Positions 1 through 11,701 of a stretch of DNA of 24,108 nt are shown piece by piece. Source of the DNA: a candidate division WOR-3 bacterium (GTDB taxonomy: Bacteria > Hydrothermota > Tepidihabitantia > Tepidihabitantales > Tepidihabitantaceae). The stretch spans positions 1 to 24,108 of the forward strand of contig CBFGIY010000035.1 in NCBI GenBank assembly GCA_965648935.1. Direction: 5' to 3'. Numbering within the stretch: the stretch's first letter is position 1; each line of letters begins with the position of its first letter. Both the position numbers and the translations under genes were made by a program. The notes under the pieces are model-generated. The model did no database searches and was not told the DNA's origin. It saw only the letters and a program-made list of their open reading frames with translations.

Positions 1-1
1 G

Positions 2-646
2 GCCCGGCTGCTCGAGGACGGCGCGCTGCTGCCCCGGCTCAGCCCGACCGTCGTCAAGAGCCTGCTCGCCGCGCTCTGGCTCTGGCCGGTGCTGACACAA
101 CTGGCGATATACACCAACGGGTTCGGCCGCGCCATCAACCCTTCGACCGAGGGCGAGCTGCTCGCCTTGACCGGCATCGGGGCCGCGCTCGCAGCCGCGG
201 GCCTGCACTTCGTGTTCCGGCGGATTCGCTCGGGCGTGACGGTGCGGCCGATTGCCGGCCGGGTCGCGCTGGCCGGCGCGATCGCGCTGCTCGCGCTGCG
301 GCTCGATGTCGCCCAGTTCGCGCGCTGGTACGATAACCGCACCCACGGCATGATCGAGTTCTCGCGCGCGCTCGATGCGGCGCTGCCCGACGACGCGGTG
401 CTTGCCGGGGGCTGGGCACCGGCCCTGATGATGGAGTCGCGCAAGCGGGCGCTGTGCATCACCGACTGGGCCAATGCCGACGACCCGGTGGGCCGGTTCG
501 GCGCGACCCACTTCGTTTCGATGGACGACGGGCCCGAGCACCGGCTCTTCAGCGTGAAGTACCCGGACCTGACCGCCAGGGCCGAAGCGGTGCAGAGCCT
601 GGTCGTGCGCGGCAAGCGGCTGACCGTGTACGCGCTGCCGCGCTAG
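2..646 (+). CDS. 3' part of an integral membrane protein, possibly GT-C/ArnT-like glycosyltransferase C-terminus; truncated by window start
   Basis: Frame is open from position 2 (ARLLEDGALLPRLSPTVVKSLLAALWLWPVLTQ...), upstream of the GTG at 89. Several hydrophobic helices are followed by a soluble tail (LDAALPDDAVLAG...GATHFV). Family assignment is tentative. Confidence 0.6.
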   Translation, partial: ARLLEDGALLPRLSPTVVKSLLAALWLWPVLTQLAIYTNGFGRAINPSTEGELLALTGIGAALAAAGLHFVFRRIRSGVTVRPIAGRVALAGAIALLALRLDVAQFARWYDNRTHGMIEFSRALDAALPDDAVLAGGWAPALMMESRKRALCITDWANADDPVGRFGATHFVSMDDGPEHRLFSVKYPDLTARAEAVQSLVVRGKRLTVYALPR

Positions 647-1476
647 GCGCGGGGCAGGCCGCAGACCCGGCAGGGCCGGCGCTTGGGCGAAAAGACCGCG
701 GCGAGCGCGAAGAGCACGGTCGCGACGATGACTATCGCCGCACCTGACGGCAGCTCGAAGAAGTAGGACATCGTCAGACCGGCGACGCACGACACCGCTG
801 CAGCAAGCCACGACAGCACGAACATCCTGCGGAAATCCGAGGTGAGCTGGAACGCGGTCGCGGCCGGCGTGACCAGCAGCGCCTCGACCAGTATGATGCC
901 GACCGCCTTGATGGCGATTACGACCGAGAGCGCGAGCAGGCCGAGCAGCACCGCGCCGAGCAGGCCGGTGGCGAGGCCGCTCGCTTCGGCCATCTCCTCG
1001 TCGAAGGCGAGAAACTGCAGCTCCTTGAACAGCAGCGCGACCGTGCCGAGCACGAGCACCGCGAGCGCGCCCATCAGGACGAGGTTCGCGGGGGTGATGC
1101 CGAGGACGTTGCCGAACAGGTAGCCGTACACCCGAGCGTCGTAGCGCCGCATCAGCCCGATGAAGAGCACGCCCAGCGCCATCGTGAAGGCGAAGAAGAT
1201 GCCGATGGCCGAGTCGGGGCGCAGCCGGGCGCGGCGAATCGCGACCTGGATGAGCCCGGCAGTGCCGAGGCAGAACATTATCGCCATCACCAGCGGGTTG
1301 AGCGCGAGCAGGAACCCGAGCGCGACCCCGCCGAACGAGGCGTGGGCCAGGCCCGACCCGGCGAACGCCATCCCGCGCAGCAGCACGAACACGCCGACAA
1401 CCGAGCAGACCGTGGCGACCAGGAGCGCGCCGGCCAGTGCCCGCTGCATGAACGCATACTCCAGGAACTCAAGCAT
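643..1476 (-). CDS. Metal (Zn/Mn) ABC transporter permease, ABC-3/ZnuB-MntB family
   Basis: MLEFLEYAFMQRAL start, GVFVLLRGMAF, LAHASFGGVALG, YLFGNVL, FDEEMAEASG (EAA-like), VGIILVEALLVTPA. ATG at 1476 overlaps the end of the ATPase gene. Confidence 0.93.
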   Translation of the reverse strand: MLEFLEYAFMQRALAGALLVATVCSVVGVFVLLRGMAFAGSGLAHASFGGVALGFLLALNPLVMAIMFCLGTAGLIQVAIRRARLRPDSAIGIFFAFTMALGVLFIGLMRRYDARVYGYLFGNVLGITPANLVLMGALAVLVLGTVALLFKELQFLAFDEEMAEASGLATGLLGAVLLGLLALSVVIAIKAVGIILVEALLVTPAATAFQLTSDFRRMFVLSWLAAAVSCVAGLTMSYFFELPSGAAIVIVATVLFALAAVFSPKRRPCRVCGLPRA

Positions 1477-2248
1477 GGCTGTCCCCGACGTAGACATAGC
1501 GCCGGCCGGCTTCCTCGCTGACGACCACGGGCGCGCCGTAGAGCCGCTCGAGCATCGGCCGGGTGAGCACCTCGGCGCAGGTTCCGAAGGCCTGGACCGT
1601 GCGCCCCAGATACATCACCTTGTCGACGCAGGGCATCACTTCGTTGATGTCGTGGGTGACATAGACCGTGGTCAGGCCGCGCTCTGAATGGATGCGGCGC
1701 ACGAGCTCGACAATCGCGCGGCGCGTGGCCGCGTCCACCGCCGAGGTCGGCTCGTCGAGCAGGAGCACGGCCGGTTCGTTCACCAGCGCGCGGGCAAGGA
1801 GCAGGCGCTGCTGCTGGCCGCCCGAGAGATGCCCGGCGACGTGACCGGCCGAGTCGGCCAGGCCGACCGCGGCGAGCGCGGCGAGGGCACGTTCGCGCTC
1901 GCGCCGGCCCGGGGCCCGACCGACACCCAACCCGGCATAGCAACCCATCAGCACTGCGTCGAGGGCCGAGGCCGGGAAGTCCGGGTCAATCGCGCGGCGC
2001 TGGGGCACGTAGCCGATGCGGCTGCGGGCGCGCACGGGCGGCTCGCCGCCGATACAGACCCGGCCCGCGCTCGGCCGGGCCAGGCCGAGCAGCGCGCGCA
2101 GCAGCGTGGTCTTGCCCGAACCGTTCGGGCCGACCAGCCCGAGAAACTCGCCGGGTTCGAGCCGGAAAGTCACGTCCTCGAGCGCGACCCCGCGCGGGTA
2201 AGCCACGGTCAGCCCCGCACACTCGATCGCCGGCGCGGCCGCTCTCAC
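1469..2248 (-). CDS. Metal ABC transporter ATP-binding protein, ZnuC/MntA-like
   Basis: Walker A GPNGSGKTT, IGYVPQ, signature LSGGQQQR, Walker B LLLDEPT, H-loop VTHD. Start taken at GTG 2248, giving a GTGA overlap with the pepA stop. Confidence 0.93.
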   Translation of the reverse strand: MRAAAPAIECAGLTVAYPRGVALEDVTFRLEPGEFLGLVGPNGSGKTTLLRALLGLARPSAGRVCIGGEPPVRARSRIGYVPQRRAIDPDFPASALDAVLMGCYAGLGVGRAPGRRERERALAALAAVGLADSAGHVAGHLSGGQQQRLLLARALVNEPAVLLLDEPTSAVDAATRRAIVELVRRIHSERGLTTVYVTHDINEVMPCVDKVMYLGRTVQAFGTCAEVLTRPMLERLYGAPVVVSEEAGRRYVYVGDSHA

Positions 2249-3711
2249 TGGGCGTGGACGAGCGCGATCATCGTGCGCAGGGGCACACCGGTCGCGCCGG
2301 CCGGGGTGTATTCCCATCCTTCCTTGGTGAACGACGGGCCGGCGATGTCGATGTGGACCCAGGGGGTGCCTTCGGCGACAAACTCCTGCAGGAACAGCCC
2401 GGCCGCGATGGTGCCGGCGATGCCGGGTTTGCCGGTGTTCTTGATGTCGGCGACCTTGCTCTTGATGTGCTCGCGGTAGCGCTTGACCAGGGGCAGTTCC
2501 CAGAAGAACTCGTCAACCTCCAGCCCGAGCTTGATGATGCGCTGGATCGCGGCGCGGTCCGTGCCCAGCAGCGCCGAGTACTCGTCGCCGAGCGCGACCA
2601 CGCAGGCGCCGGTAAGAGTCGCGATGTCAACGATGAGGTCGGGCTTGAACTGCTCGCAGGCGTATGCCAGCGCGTCGGCCAGCACGAGCCGGCCCTCGGC
2701 GTCGGTCGAGATTATCTCCGAGGTCTTGCCGCCGTAGTGGCGGATGACGTCGCCGGGCTTGTGCGCGCCGCCGCCGGGCATGTTCTCGGCCAGGGGCACC
2801 AGCCCGTGCACCGCGACCGGCGCTTCCACCGCGCGCAGGTAGTGAAACAGGCCGAGCACCGCGGCCGCGCCGGCCATGTCGTCCTTCATCGCTTCCATCC
2901 CGGCGGCCGGCTTGAGCGACAGCCCGCCCGAGTCGAAGGTGATGCCCTTGCCGATGAAGCAGAGCGTCTTTTTCGGCTTCGTCCTGGGCAGCCAGGCGAG
3001 ATGGACGAGGCAGGGCGGCTCGTGCGAGCCCCGGCCCACGCCAAGGATGCCGCCCATCCCGAGTTTCTCCAGTTCAGCGCGTCTGAAGACCTTCACGCTT
3101 ATGCGGCCGTCCTCGGCCAGCCGGGCCAGCAGCGGCGGCACCTTGGGGCTGGGCGGCTCGTTGACAAGATCGCGCGCGAACGCCACAGCGGCGCACCGCG
3201 CCGCCGCGGAATCGACCGCCTTGCGCAGCGCCGCGCCCGCGTCGCGCGGCTCGGCCGCGACGAGCACCAGCGATTGCGGGGGGCGGGGTTCGTCCGGCTT
3301 GGGCGTTCGCCACGCGTCGAACCGGTAGGTGGACAAGGCGAACCCTTCCACGGCCCAGCCTGCCCAGAGGTCGAGCTTGCCGCGCGCCTGCTTTGATGAA
3401 GGCAGCAGCAGGCAGAGCTCGTCCGAGCCCATTTCTTCGAAGCGCTTGGCCGCCTTGGCCAGCGCCGTACGCACCCGCAGCGGTTCGAAATCCTTGCGCT
3501 TGCCCAGACCGCAGAGCAGGAACCGCTGACCACTTGAGCTGACCAGCGCGGTGCGCTTGAACTGGCCCTTGAAGTTCTCGTCGGCCGCGGCCGCGACCAG
3601 CCGCGTTCCCTCGGACCCGGCCAGGCCCAGCGGCGATTTCTCGCCCTCGAACACGAGCGCGGTCAGTACCCGGCCGTTCCAGTCCTTGCGGCTGACAACT
3701 GCTGTCTTCAT
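2245..3711 (-). CDS. pepA: Leucyl aminopeptidase (M17)
   Basis: GKGITFDSGG, MKDDMAGAA, STDAEGRLVLAD, ATLTGA, WVHIDIAG motifs; AAGGAG 5 nt before ATG. Confidence 0.96.
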   Translation of the reverse strand: MKTAVVSRKDWNGRVLTALVFEGEKSPLGLAGSEGTRLVAAAADENFKGQFKRTALVSSSGQRFLLCGLGKRKDFEPLRVRTALAKAAKRFEEMGSDELCLLLPSSKQARGKLDLWAGWAVEGFALSTYRFDAWRTPKPDEPRPPQSLVLVAAEPRDAGAALRKAVDSAAARCAAVAFARDLVNEPPSPKVPPLLARLAEDGRISVKVFRRAELEKLGMGGILGVGRGSHEPPCLVHLAWLPRTKPKKTLCFIGKGITFDSGGLSLKPAAGMEAMKDDMAGAAAVLGLFHYLRAVEAPVAVHGLVPLAENMPGGGAHKPGDVIRHYGGKTSEIISTDAEGRLVLADALAYACEQFKPDLIVDIATLTGACVVALGDEYSALLGTDRAAIQRIIKLGLEVDEFFWELPLVKRYREHIKSKVADIKNTGKPGIAGTIAAGLFLQEFVAEGTPWVHIDIAGPSFTKEGWEYTPAGATGVPLRTMIALVHAQ

Positions 3712-3750
3712 TTCGACTCCTTATGTGATGCCTGTGCCGTCACCTGCGCT

Positions 3751-3778
3751 ATCTTACACGCCGGCGCTGTCCGGGCAA
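3751..3778 (-). promoter_or_regulatory. Putative sigma70-type promoter of pepA operon (TTGCCC-N16-TAAGAT)
   Basis: Minus strand -35 at 3778-3773 and -10 at 3756-3751, ~40 nt upstream of the pepA ATG. Confidence 0.55.
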
Positions 3779-3824
3779 GCCCCTTTGCCCGACCCGGTCG
3801 GTTCGGGGCGGCATGGCCGCAATC

Positions 3825-3852
3825 TTGACACTGCGGCGGTTTTGCCTATCCT
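3825..3852 (+). promoter_or_regulatory. sigma70-type promoter of rpsR operon (TTGACA-N16-TATCCT)
   Basis: Perfect -35 at 3825-3830, -10 at 3847-3852, first ATG 8 nt after the -10. Confidence 0.75.
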
Positions 3853-3860
3853 CACAGGCT

Positions 3861-4094
3861 ATGATGATGAGACGTAGACGTCAGCCGATGCGTCGTCGGA
3901 AGACCTGTTACTTCTGCGACAACAAGATCAAGCATATCGATTACCGCGACCCGCACGTTCGCGACTTCACGACCGAGAAGGGCAAGATCGTGTCGGGCCG
4001 GATGTCGGGCGTGTGCGCCCGGCACCAGCGCCGGCTCGCCCGCGCCGTGAAGACCGCCCGGGCCCTTGCCCTGCTGCCCTACAACCCGCAATGA
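3861..4094 (+). CDS. rpsR: 30S ribosomal protein S18, Zn-binding (C+) form
   Basis: RRKTCYFC...IDYRD...FTTEKGKIVSGRMSGVCARHQRRLARAVKTARALALLPY. Start is one of three consecutive ATGs (3861/3864/3867). Confidence 0.97.
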   Translation: MMMRRRRQPMRRRKTCYFCDNKIKHIDYRDPHVRDFTTEKGKIVSGRMSGVCARHQRRLARAVKTARALALLPYNPQ

Positions 4095-4537
4095 AAGTCA
4101 TACTGCTGTCCGACATCGAGCGGGTCGGCGGCCGCGGCCAGGTCGTGAACGTGAAGCCGGGCTATGCCCGTAACTACCTGTTCCCCAGGAAGATGGCGCT
4201 CGAGGCCACCCCGGCCCAGCTCGCCCAGCTCGATAAAATCAAGGCCCAGCTTGCCTCGAAGCAGGCCAAGATCACCAAGCGCCTGACCGACGCCGCGGGA
4301 CGGCTCGGTCAGGTCTCGGTGAAGACCAGCCTGCGGATGGGCGAGACAGGCGCTTTCGGCGCGATCACCAATGCCGACATCGCGGAGCTTCTCGCCAAGG
4401 AAGGCCACGAGATCGACAAGCACGCCATCGTACTCGACGAGCCCATCAAGGTACCCGGGGTCTACGACATCACGGTGAAGCTCGGTCACGAGGTCACCGC
4501 GACAGTCAAGCTCTGGGTCTCCGAAGCCCCGGCGTGA
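4091..4537 (+). CDS. rplI: 50S ribosomal protein L9
   Basis: MKVILLSDIERVGGRGQVVNVKPGYARNYLFP signature; ATGA overlap with the rpsR stop. Confidence 0.97.
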   Translation: MKVILLSDIERVGGRGQVVNVKPGYARNYLFPRKMALEATPAQLAQLDKIKAQLASKQAKITKRLTDAAGRLGQVSVKTSLRMGETGAFGAITNADIAELLAKEGHEIDKHAIVLDEPIKVPGVYDITVKLGHEVTATVKLWVSEAPA

Positions 4538-5019
4538 TCGAGGTCCGGGTCGAAGGCGTCCTGCTCGACAACGAATCCAACCAGCCGGTGGTGCTGCTGC
4601 GGGAGCGCAGCGGTGACCGCGTCCTGCCCATCTTCATCGGCCCGCACGAGGCCCAGTCAATCGTCTATGTGCTTTCCGCGGAGCAGTTTGCCCGGCCCCT
4701 GACCGTCGACCTTATGAACCTGCTCGTCACCGGGCTGCACGGTGCTGTGCGCCGGGTCATCGTCACACGGCTTGAGGCCGGCACCTTCTTCGCCGAGGTC
4801 GTGCTCGAGTCGCCCGACGGCACGGTCAGCGTCGACGCCCGGCCGTCCGACGCAATCGCTCTGGCCCTGCGCGCCGGGGCACAGCTGTTCGTCGCCGAGG
4901 CGGTGATGGACGAGGCCGGCTCGCGCGTCGAGCTCGAGGAGTCGAGCCGGCTGAGCGAGCTGCGCGCGCGGCTGCGCGGTGTGATGCCCGAGGATTTCGG
5001 CGATTACGAGATGCAGTGA
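4534..5019 (+). CDS. Bifunctional nuclease family protein (DUF151 / DNase-RNase)
   Basis: LPIFIGPHEA, RPLTVDL, VDARPSDAIALA motifs; GTGA overlap with the rplI stop. Confidence 0.92.
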   Translation: MIEVRVEGVLLDNESNQPVVLLRERSGDRVLPIFIGPHEAQSIVYVLSAEQFARPLTVDLMNLLVTGLHGAVRRVIVTRLEAGTFFAEVVLESPDGTVSVDARPSDAIALALRAGAQLFVAEAVMDEAGSRVELEESSRLSELRARLRGVMPEDFGDYEMQ

Positions 5020-5020
5020 G

Positions 5021-6223
5021 ATGAACCCGAAGCAGACGCTCGAAGGTCTCAAGCGCGGCATCGACCGGCTCGAGACCGAGGCCGAGCTGCTGGCCAAGCT
5101 CGAGGCGGCCGAGAGGACCGGCAAGCCACTGCGCGTCAAGCTGGGCATCGACGCGACCGGGCCCCAGATTCACCTCGGTTTCGCGGTGCCACTGCGCAAG
5201 TTGCGCCAGTTCCAGGACCTCGGCCACACCGCGGTGCTCATCGTCGGCGACTTCACCGCCCGGATCGGCGATCCGTCGGGCCGGTCGCGGACCCGGCCCC
5301 ACCTCTCGGACGAGGAGGTGAGGGCCAACATGGAACGCTACCGCGAGCAGGTGTTCAGGATTCTCGACCCGGCGCGCTGCGAGTTCCGCTACAACTCGGA
5401 GTGGTCCGACCCGCTGGGCGGGGTTGACATCATCAAGCTCGCGTCGAAGTACACGGTCGCCCGGCTGATCGAGCGCGAGGATTTCCGCAAGCGGCTGGAC
5501 GGGGGCGTTCCGGTCCACGTCCACGAGCTGCTCTACCCGCTGTTTCAGGGCTATGACTCGGTCGCAGTCCGGTCCGACATCGAGCTGGGCGGCTCGGACC
5601 AGTACTGGAACCTCTTGGTCGGCAGGGAGCTCCAGCGCGAGTTCGGTCAGGTGCCGCAGGTCGTGCTGACGATGCCGCTCCTGGTTGGGCTTGACGGCGT
5701 GCAGAAGATGAGCAAGTCCTACGGCAACTACGTCGGCATCACCGACCCGCCGCGCGAGATGTTCGGCAAGCTGATGTCGATTCCCGACGCGCTCATCGCC
5801 AACTACTACGAGCTCTGCACGAGCGTGTCCGAGTCCGAAATCGCCGCAATGACGCAGCAGATGAAGGCCGGGGCCAACCCGCGCGACTTCAAGGTCCGGC
5901 TCGCCAAGACCGTCATCGCTACCTACCACTCGGCCGCGGCCGCCGACGAGGCCGAGGCCGAGTTCAACCGGATGTTCCGCGACGGCGGCCTGCCCGACGA
6001 GATGCCCGAGGTCAGGGTGCCGGACAGCGGCCAGAACATCGTCGAGATAGTCGTCGGCGCCGGGATGTTGCCGTCCAAGAGCGAGGCCCGGCGCAAGCTC
6101 GCCGAGGGCGCGATAACCCTTGACGGCGAGCGCGTGAGCGACCCGGCGCTCGTGGTCAAGGTCAGCGAGCCGGTCGTGCTCAAGGTCGGCAAGCGCCGCT
6201 TCGCCCGCCTCGTCCGCGGCTAA
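5021..6223 (+). CDS. tyrS: Tyrosine--tRNA ligase
   Basis: VKLGIDATGPQIHLGF (HIGH), IGDPSGR, LYPLFQGYD, GGSDQ, KMSKS, C-terminal S4 domain ending VGKRRF. Confidence 0.97.
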   Translation: MNPKQTLEGLKRGIDRLETEAELLAKLEAAERTGKPLRVKLGIDATGPQIHLGFAVPLRKLRQFQDLGHTAVLIVGDFTARIGDPSGRSRTRPHLSDEEVRANMERYREQVFRILDPARCEFRYNSEWSDPLGGVDIIKLASKYTVARLIEREDFRKRLDGGVPVHVHELLYPLFQGYDSVAVRSDIELGGSDQYWNLLVGRELQREFGQVPQVVLTMPLLVGLDGVQKMSKSYGNYVGITDPPREMFGKLMSIPDALIANYYELCTSVSESEIAAMTQQMKAGANPRDFKVRLAKTVIATYHSAAAADEAEAEFNRMFRDGGLPDEMPEVRVPDSGQNIVEIVVGAGMLPSKSEARRKLAEGAITLDGERVSDPALVVKVSEPVVLKVGKRRFARLVRG

Positions 6224-6256
6224 CTGCCGCGCCTGCCGCACTTAACCGTGCCCGCC

Positions 6257-6284
6257 TTGACTCTCTCATCATTGCCTCTAGAAT
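6257..6284 (+). promoter_or_regulatory. sigma70-type promoter (TTGACT-N16-TAGAAT) with downstream SD AAAGGAG
   Basis: -35 at 6257-6262, -10 at 6279-6284, SD at 6292-6298, ATG at 6304. Confidence 0.8.
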
Positions 6285-6303
6285 CCGCTGCAAAGGAGAA
6301 CTG

Positions 6304-6615
6304 ATGGCTCAGGAAGAAAGACCGCCCCAGCAGGGCCCGCCGGTGCAGATAGAAATCGGCGAGAAGGAGTCGGAGGGCGTTTATTCGAACTTCGTCCTCA
6401 TCGCCCATTCGCCGTCCGAGTTCATTATCGATTTCGCGCGAATCCTGCCCGGCCTGCCCAAGGCCAAGGTGTTTTCGCGCATCGTGATGACGCCCCAGCA
6501 TGCCCTGCTCCTGCACAACGCGCTCGCCGAGAATCTCAAGAAGTACGAAGACCGCTTCGGCAAGGTCAAGCTCCACGGCAAGGAAGACGACGTCGCCAAG
6601 AGCCTCGGCTTCTAG
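6304..6615 (+). CDS. DUF3467 domain protein
   Basis: GVYSNFVLIAHSPSEFIIDF...SRIVMTPQHA...YEDRFG pattern typical of DUF3467; strong SD. Confidence 0.88.
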   Translation: MAQEERPPQQGPPVQIEIGEKESEGVYSNFVLIAHSPSEFIIDFARILPGLPKAKVFSRIVMTPQHALLLHNALAENLKKYEDRFGKVKLHGKEDDVAKSLGF

Positions 6616-6619
6616 GTCG

Positions 6620-7816
6620 GTGCCGGCAGTCCCCGATACCAGCCGCCCCCTGCTCGAGACGCTCGGCCGCAGCGCCGCCCGGCTCGGTGCGCGCGCGTTC
6701 CTGGTCGGCGGCCCGGTGCGCGACCTGCTGCTCGGGCGCACCGGCCCCGATACCGACATCGCGGTCGAGCGCAGGTGCGCCGAGCTGGGCCGCGCGCTCG
6801 AGCGCGAGCTGGGCGGCCGGTTCGTCTATCACTCGCGTTTCTTGTCCGGCACCCTCGCGCTCGCCGACGGCAGCCGCATCGACCTGGCCTCGACCCGCAC
6901 CGAAACCTACGAGCGGCCCGCGGTCCTGCCCCGCGTGAAGCCGGCGACGATCGAGGCCGACCTCGCGCGCCGCGACTTCAGCATCAACGCGATGGCGCTG
7001 GAAATCTCGCCCGGCGCCTTCGGCACGCTCATTGACCCGCTGGGCGGGCAGGCCGACCTCGCGGCACGGACCGTGCGCGTGCTCCACGAGCAGAGCTTCG
7101 TTGATGACCCGACCCGCATCTTCCGCGCCATCCGGTTCGCCACGCGCTTTGAGTTCCGCATCGAGCCGCGCACGCTCGAGCTCGCGCGGGCCGCGCTGGC
7201 CGAGCGCCTGCCGGCGCGACTCTCGCCCGAGCGTGTGCTCTACGAACTGCAACTGGTCTGCGCCGAGCCGCTCGTGCTGCCCGCGCTCGAGGCGCTGCTC
7301 AAGGAGCGGGTTCTGCAATCGACCTGGGACTGGCGGCCGCGGCCCGGCCTGCTCGCCGGGATGCACAAACTTGTCCAGGCCGGCTGCGGCGCGGGCTTGC
7401 GCTTCGTGTTCCTGCTCAGTTTCCTGCCGGTCACCGACCGCTGGCCCCTGCGCAGGGAGGACCGGCTCGCGGCCGCGGCGCTTTGCTCGGCCCCGGCGCT
7501 CCGACGCGGGCTTGCGCGCGCCCGCCGGCCGAGCGCGGTGTATCGCCTGCTCCATCCCGTGCCGCGCCCGGCGCTTGAGATACTGGCCCGCATCGAGCCG
7601 GCCCCGGCGGCGCGCCGCATCCGCGCGTATCTCGACACGATGGCCGACGCGAAGCCGTGCCTGTCCGGCCGCGACCTGCGCGCGCTCGGGCTGGCCCAGG
7701 GCCCGCTCTACTCGAAGGTGCTTGAGAGGCTGCTGTGGGCGCGGCTGGACGGCCGGGTCGCGGACCGCGCCGCCGAGCTCGCGCTCGCCCGGCGTCTGAC
7801 GAGGATGGCGTCGTGA
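6620..7816 (+). CDS. Class II tRNA nucleotidyltransferase (CCA / A-adding type)
   Basis: LVGGPVRDLLLG..DTD (motif A), DLARRDFSINAMA, SFVDDPTRIFRAIRF, RLSPERV. Start approximated at GTG 6620, just after the upstream stop. Confidence 0.88.
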   Translation: MPAVPDTSRPLLETLGRSAARLGARAFLVGGPVRDLLLGRTGPDTDIAVERRCAELGRALERELGGRFVYHSRFLSGTLALADGSRIDLASTRTETYERPAVLPRVKPATIEADLARRDFSINAMALEISPGAFGTLIDPLGGQADLAARTVRVLHEQSFVDDPTRIFRAIRFATRFEFRIEPRTLELARAALAERLPARLSPERVLYELQLVCAEPLVLPALEALLKERVLQSTWDWRPRPGLLAGMHKLVQAGCGAGLRFVFLLSFLPVTDRWPLRREDRLAAAALCSAPALRRGLARARRPSAVYRLLHPVPRPALEILARIEPAPAARRIRAYLDTMADAKPCLSGRDLRALGLAQGPLYSKVLERLLWARLDGRVADRAAELALARRLTRMAS

Positions 7817-8442
7817 TGTTCGACGTGCGCGGGATGCTGCTCTCGGCCCCGGCGATTCTCTTCGGGCTGACCATTCACGAGTTCGCCCACGGCTGGGTCG
7901 CTTATCGGCTGGGCGACCCGACCGCGAAGCTGATGGGCCGGCTGACGCTCAATCCGCTGAAGCATCTCGACCCGGTCGGTACGATCGCACTCTTCCTGTT
8001 CCGGTTCGGCTGGGCCAGGCCCGTGCCTATCGACCCGAGCAATTTCCGCCACCCGACGCGCGATATGGCGCTCTCGTCGCTCGCCGGGCCGGGCGCGAAC
8101 TTCGCAACCGCGCTGGTCAGTGGGCTGGCTTTCCGGCTGCTCGCGGCCCTCGGTATCACCGGGTTCGCCACGCAGCTCCTCGGATACTTCGTGCTGTTCA
8201 ACATCATCCTCTGCTTCTTCAATCTCATCCCGATACCGCCGCTCGACGGCTCGCGCCTCGTCTATTACTTCCTGCCGCCCGACCTCGCGGCGGGCTATGC
8301 CCGGCTTGAGCGCTACGGTTTTCTCATTCTGATGGGCGTCATCTTCATCGGCCAGTTCACCGGTTTCTCGCTGTTCTCGGTCTATCTCAGCCCGCTGGTG
8401 CGCGTCTTCGGCCGGCTTTTCACCGGCCAGACGCTCTTCTAG
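7816..8442 (+). CDS. Site-2 protease family (M50) intramembrane metalloprotease
   Basis: HEFAH, GDPTAK..GRLTLNPL.HLDP, AGPGAN, FNLIPIPPLDGS; TGATG overlap and GAGGA upstream. Confidence 0.95.
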   Translation: MFDVRGMLLSAPAILFGLTIHEFAHGWVAYRLGDPTAKLMGRLTLNPLKHLDPVGTIALFLFRFGWARPVPIDPSNFRHPTRDMALSSLAGPGANFATALVSGLAFRLLAALGITGFATQLLGYFVLFNIILCFFNLIPIPPLDGSRLVYYFLPPDLAAGYARLERYGFLILMGVIFIGQFTGFSLFSVYLSPLVRVFGRLFTGQTLF

Positions 8443-8443
8443 G

Positions 8444-11034
<2,591 letters not shown>

Positions 11035-11035
<1 letters not shown>

Positions 11036-11697
11036 TGCTCGACCGCAAGACCGTCCTGCTCTGGGTCAACGAACTGACCCGCGCCGTGCCCTCCCACACG
11101 CAGGAGGGCATCGCCGCGTTCATCAAGTCCAAGCCCGAGGCGAAAAAAGTACTGCCCGCCCCGGAAATCCGCATCGGCGACCACTGGTTTTGCTTCCGCC
11201 GCTACAACGACGCGGTCACGACCGACGACATCATCGAGGTTTACATCGGCAACCGCGACTCCGGGTCGGAGTACATGGGCTACGACCGCATCGACCCCTG
11301 CTGGAAGGATGCCGAGGGCCGCGACAAGGGCCGCTGGGAGCTGACCCGCGCCTACATGCGGCCCAAGTACCGCGGCCACAATTACTCGCTGTTCATGGCC
11401 GAGATGGTAATGGCCCTGGCCCGCAAGCACCACGGCAAGTCGGTTGTCGCCTACCCGCGCCATGTGGCGATGCTCGTCACCCTGCTGAACTACGGCTTTC
11501 GCACCTTCGAGGGGAACTACGACGAGACCCTGCTGCGGATTTACCGGCAGGGCAAGCGCTGGTACTCGAACAACACCAACCAGCGCCGGCTCTACTACGC
11601 GCAGGAGTTCCGGCCGTTCATCCAGGACGGCAGTTTCATAATGGAAAAGAAGGTCAAGCCCGCGAGCATCTGGGGCTACCTTCTGGAGAAAGTCTGA
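11035..11697 (+). CDS. Hypothetical protein with probable GNAT acyltransferase fold
   Basis: WELTRAYMRPKYRGHNYS (motif A-like), helix MALARKHHGKSVVAY, LLNYGF (motif B-like); TGATG coupling to ftsK; host-like codon usage. Confidence 0.7.
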
Positions 11698-11701
11698 CCG
11701 G

